DNA from: Myxococcota bacterium | GTDB taxonomy: Bacteria > Myxococcota_A > UBA796 > GCA-2862545 | DNA: 27,151 bases | Direction of reading: 5' to 3' | Assembly: GCA_039208735.1 (NCBI GenBank) | Contig: JBCCQY010000123.1 | Coordinates: 1-27,151, forward strand | Shown here: in pieces, positions 24,962 through 27,151 of the stretch | Layout: each line of letters starts with the position of its first letter | How positions within the stretch are numbered: position 1 is the first letter of the stretch | The notes under the pieces: generated by a model | Database searches by the model: none | What the model saw: only the letters and a program-made list of their open reading frames with translations | Told to the model about the DNA's origin: nothing | Position numbers and translations under genes: made by a program

Positions 24962-25942
24962 TCAGGCCGTAGGCAGCACCGGGTGGCCTCCGAGGCGAGC
25001 CCGGTCATGCGGCGCATCGAGATCGTAGGTCGCGGGCATCGCGGCCACAATGCGTCGGGGGTTCACCCCGGCGTGGCTGACGTAGTAGTGGTTGCGAATG
25101 TGATCGAGGTGAATCGTGGCCCGAACCTCGGGCACCTGGGCGATCTCGCGCGTGTAAGCCCAGAGGTTCGGGTAGTCGGCGATGCGTCTGCGGCTACACT
25201 TGAAGTGCGTGTTGTAGACCGGATCGAAGCGGATCAACGTCGTGAAGAGCCGCACGTCCGCCTCGGTAAACCGGTCTCCCACCAGCCACCGCTGGTTCGA
25301 AAGCCGGTCTTCCAGAGCATCCAGCCGGTCGAACAACGCATTCACAGCGTGGTCGTAAGCCTCCTGGGAACGTGCGAATCCCGCCTTGTAGACACCGTTG
25401 TTCACCGCGTCGTAGATCGGACCGTTGACCTCGTCGATGACGCCGAGGAGTTCGGAGGGTGAAAGGACCAGCTCGGGTCGCTTGGCGTAGTCCTGAAACG
25501 CCCCGTCCAGCATGCGAATGATCTCGGACGATTCGTTGTTGACAATGGTGCGTTCGGTCTTGTCCCACAGGACGGGAACCGTGATGGAGCCTGCGTAGTT
25601 GGACGATGCGATTTGGTACAGCTCGCGCATCACTCCCACATGCTCATTGGGGTCGACAACGACGCCTTCCCCTTCGTCGAAGCTCCAGCCTCGGCCAAAG
25701 TCGAGGTACCAGTTCACGACAGAGACGTCGATGACGTGTTCGAGGCCCTTGAGGGCTCGCGTGATCAGCGTGCGATGGGCCCACGGACATGCGTGGCTGA
25801 CATACAGGTGGTAGCGACCCGCCTCGGGGGCGAACCGAGCGCCCGCCTCGGTCGAAATCACATCGTGAAATGCCGTAGGACGTCGCTGGAAGCTGCCTTG
25901 GGGGGCGGCCGAGTCACCTTCGCCGGGTTTGCCAGTCTGCAT
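24962..25942 (-). CDS. yqjG: Glutathionyl-hydroquinone reductase (Xi-class GST, YqjG/ECM4 family)
   Basis: GRYHLYVSHACPWAHRTLI, TVPVLWDK, IVNNESSEIIRM, VNNGVYKAGFA, TEADVRLFTTLIRFDPVY, HIRNHYYVSH; AGGAG RBS. Confidence 0.93.
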   Translation of the reverse strand: MQTGKPGEGDSAAPQGSFQRRPTAFHDVISTEAGARFAPEAGRYHLYVSHACPWAHRTLITRALKGLEHVIDVSVVNWYLDFGRGWSFDEGEGVVVDPNEHVGVMRELYQIASSNYAGSITVPVLWDKTERTIVNNESSEIIRMLDGAFQDYAKRPELVLSPSELLGVIDEVNGPIYDAVNNGVYKAGFARSQEAYDHAVNALFDRLDALEDRLSNQRWLVGDRFTEADVRLFTTLIRFDPVYNTHFKCSRRRIADYPNLWAYTREIAQVPEVRATIHLDHIRNHYYVSHAGVNPRRIVAAMPATYDLDAPHDRARLGGHPVLPTA

Positions 25943-26042
25943 GCGGATCTCCTGGTTTCGTCGTCAGGAGACCCGTATCGACGGGAAGCGGGTCTGGTGC
26001 GCTCACTGCCGAGCAGCTGTCGCGCATCCAGTGCCCAAGTGA

Positions 26043-27151
26043 CTACTTAGCGGCCGTCTCGACGCGCTCGCCCGGGAGTTCCGGAGCCTGGACGCCCGTT
26101 TCTTCGACGAACGTAAGCTTGCTATCGACCAGGAGGTGGCCGACGCGGCGCTTGGCGTCATCGTCGTTCGCCCACAGCTCGCGGAATCGGCGGTTCACGA
26201 ACCGGCGCGCATCCATGGCGAACACATCGGCGAGCTCAGCTGCATCATCGGCGCGCGAGTCGCCCGCATCCTTCAGCGCCTGGGCCCGAACCACCGCCGC
26301 ACACAGCACCGCCAGCTCCATGGCGATGTCGACCGTACGGAACAAGAGCGCCTGCTTGCGCTCGAGCCCCGCTTGGTACCGAACCATGGCGTGGAACACA
26401 TTGCGCGCGAGACGACGCGACGCACGCTCGGCAAAGCGAAGGTGGCGGCCGAGCTTTCCAAACTTGTGGTAGCGGAATGGCGTGGTGAGGCCCATCCACA
26501 GCTTCGGGTACCAGCCTGCATAGAACCACGCGATGCCCGGAAGGGCCTTCACCTTGTCGAGCAGGGTGGATCGCTTTTCGAGAAGCGCTCCGGACACCTT
26601 AAGGTGCTTGTCGACCATCTCACGAGCCATGAACAGGTGCATGATCTCGGAGGAGCCTTCGAAGATCCGGTTGATGCGGGAGTCTCGCATCATCCGCTCG
26701 ACGGGCAGCGCCTCGTCACCACGGTTGGCCAGCGACGTCGCGGTCTCGTAGCCTCGGCCCCCGCGGATCTGCATCAGCTCATCGACGATGTCCCAACCGC
26801 GGGTGCTTCCCCATTCCTTAGCGGCCGCCGCTTCGAGGCGAATGTCGTAGCCCTCGCGCATCGACAGCTCGGCTGCGAGACGCGTCCATGCTTCCATTGC
26901 GTAGGTGCGCGATGCCATTTCGGCGAGCTTGTGACTGATCGCTTCGTGCTTGCCGACGGGAGCGCCCCACTGGACCCGTCGCGCCGACCACTCGCGCGAC
27001 CATTGCACCGCGCGACGAGACCCGCCAATCGCCCCTGAGGGCAAGGACAGACGTCCTGTGTTGAGCGTGACCAGGGCAATCTTGAGGCCCTGACCTTCCT
27101 TCCCGATCAGGTTCTCTTTGGGCACCCGAACATTGCGGAAGCGGAGCAGTC
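26043..27151 (-). CDS. Acyl-CoA dehydrogenase (long VLCAD/ACAD9-like type), 5' end off the window
   Basis: The frame stays open past 27125 (LLRFRNVRVPKENLIG). Motifs LNTGRLSLP, RVQWG.PVGKHEAI, QIRGGRGYE, RDSRINRIFEGSSEI, and a long C-terminal helical extension. Confidence 0.93.
   Translation of the reverse strand, partial: LLRFRNVRVPKENLIGKEGQGLKIALVTLNTGRLSLPSGAIGGSRRAVQWSREWSARRVQWGAPVGKHEAISHKLAEMASRTYAMEAWTRLAAELSMREGYDIRLEAAAAKEWGSTRGWDIVDELMQIRGGRGYETATSLANRGDEALPVERMMRDSRINRIFEGSSEIMHLFMAREMVDKHLKVSGALLEKRSTLLDKVKALPGIAWFYAGWYPKLWMGLTTPFRYHKFGKLGRHLRFAERASRRLARNVFHAMVRYQAGLERKQALLFRTVDIAMELAVLCAAVVRAQALKDAGDSRADDAAELADVFAMDARRFVNRRFRELWANDDDAKRRVGHLLVDSKLTFVEETGVQAPELPGERVETAAK

Noticed and set aside
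25952..25967. CTGACGA...GAAAC on the minus strand resembling a hammerhead ribozyme core
   Set aside because: Only one base separates CUGANGA from GAAA, so stem II is missing, and no stem I/III arrangement with a cleavage triplet was found.

Overview
GC-rich (about two-thirds by eye) bacterial chromosomal segment, most likely from a Myxococcota-type organism (MYXO-CTERM tail, Asp/Cys MopE-like repeat lipoprotein, type I PKS). It holds about 18 protein genes, two cut by the window edges. In order: a partial peptidase S51/GATase1-like gene missing from the ORF track; a degenerate radical-SAM-like protein without its CxxxCxxC motif; a BPI/LBP-like MYXO-CTERM surface protein; an aldo/keto reductase; an SGNH-fold protein plus an AlgI/PatA-type MBOAT ending in FIYFQF; a small pseudogene split by a 77-bp hairpin-rich insertion with a 7-bp duplication; a large Asp/Cys-repeat beta-helix lipoprotein; a CBM-like/TolB-like lipoprotein; an ArsR-SRPBCC pair with a 36-bp palindromic operator; a 69-aa membrane protein flanked by 15-bp direct repeats; an orphan single-module PKS (KS, dead AT, KR, ACP, C-terminal TM helix); a membrane protein whose domain resembles plant XLG/EDR4-like proteins; a small protein ending in an NrdJ-type Cys-rich tail; a TetA-like MFS; a lipoprotein subtilase with four Ig/FN3 repeats; YqjG-type glutathionyl-hydroquinone reductase; and a partial acyl-CoA dehydrogenase. 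No rRNA, tRNA, CRISPR array, transposase or integrase was seen. Family assignments come from motif recognition and recall, not database searches.
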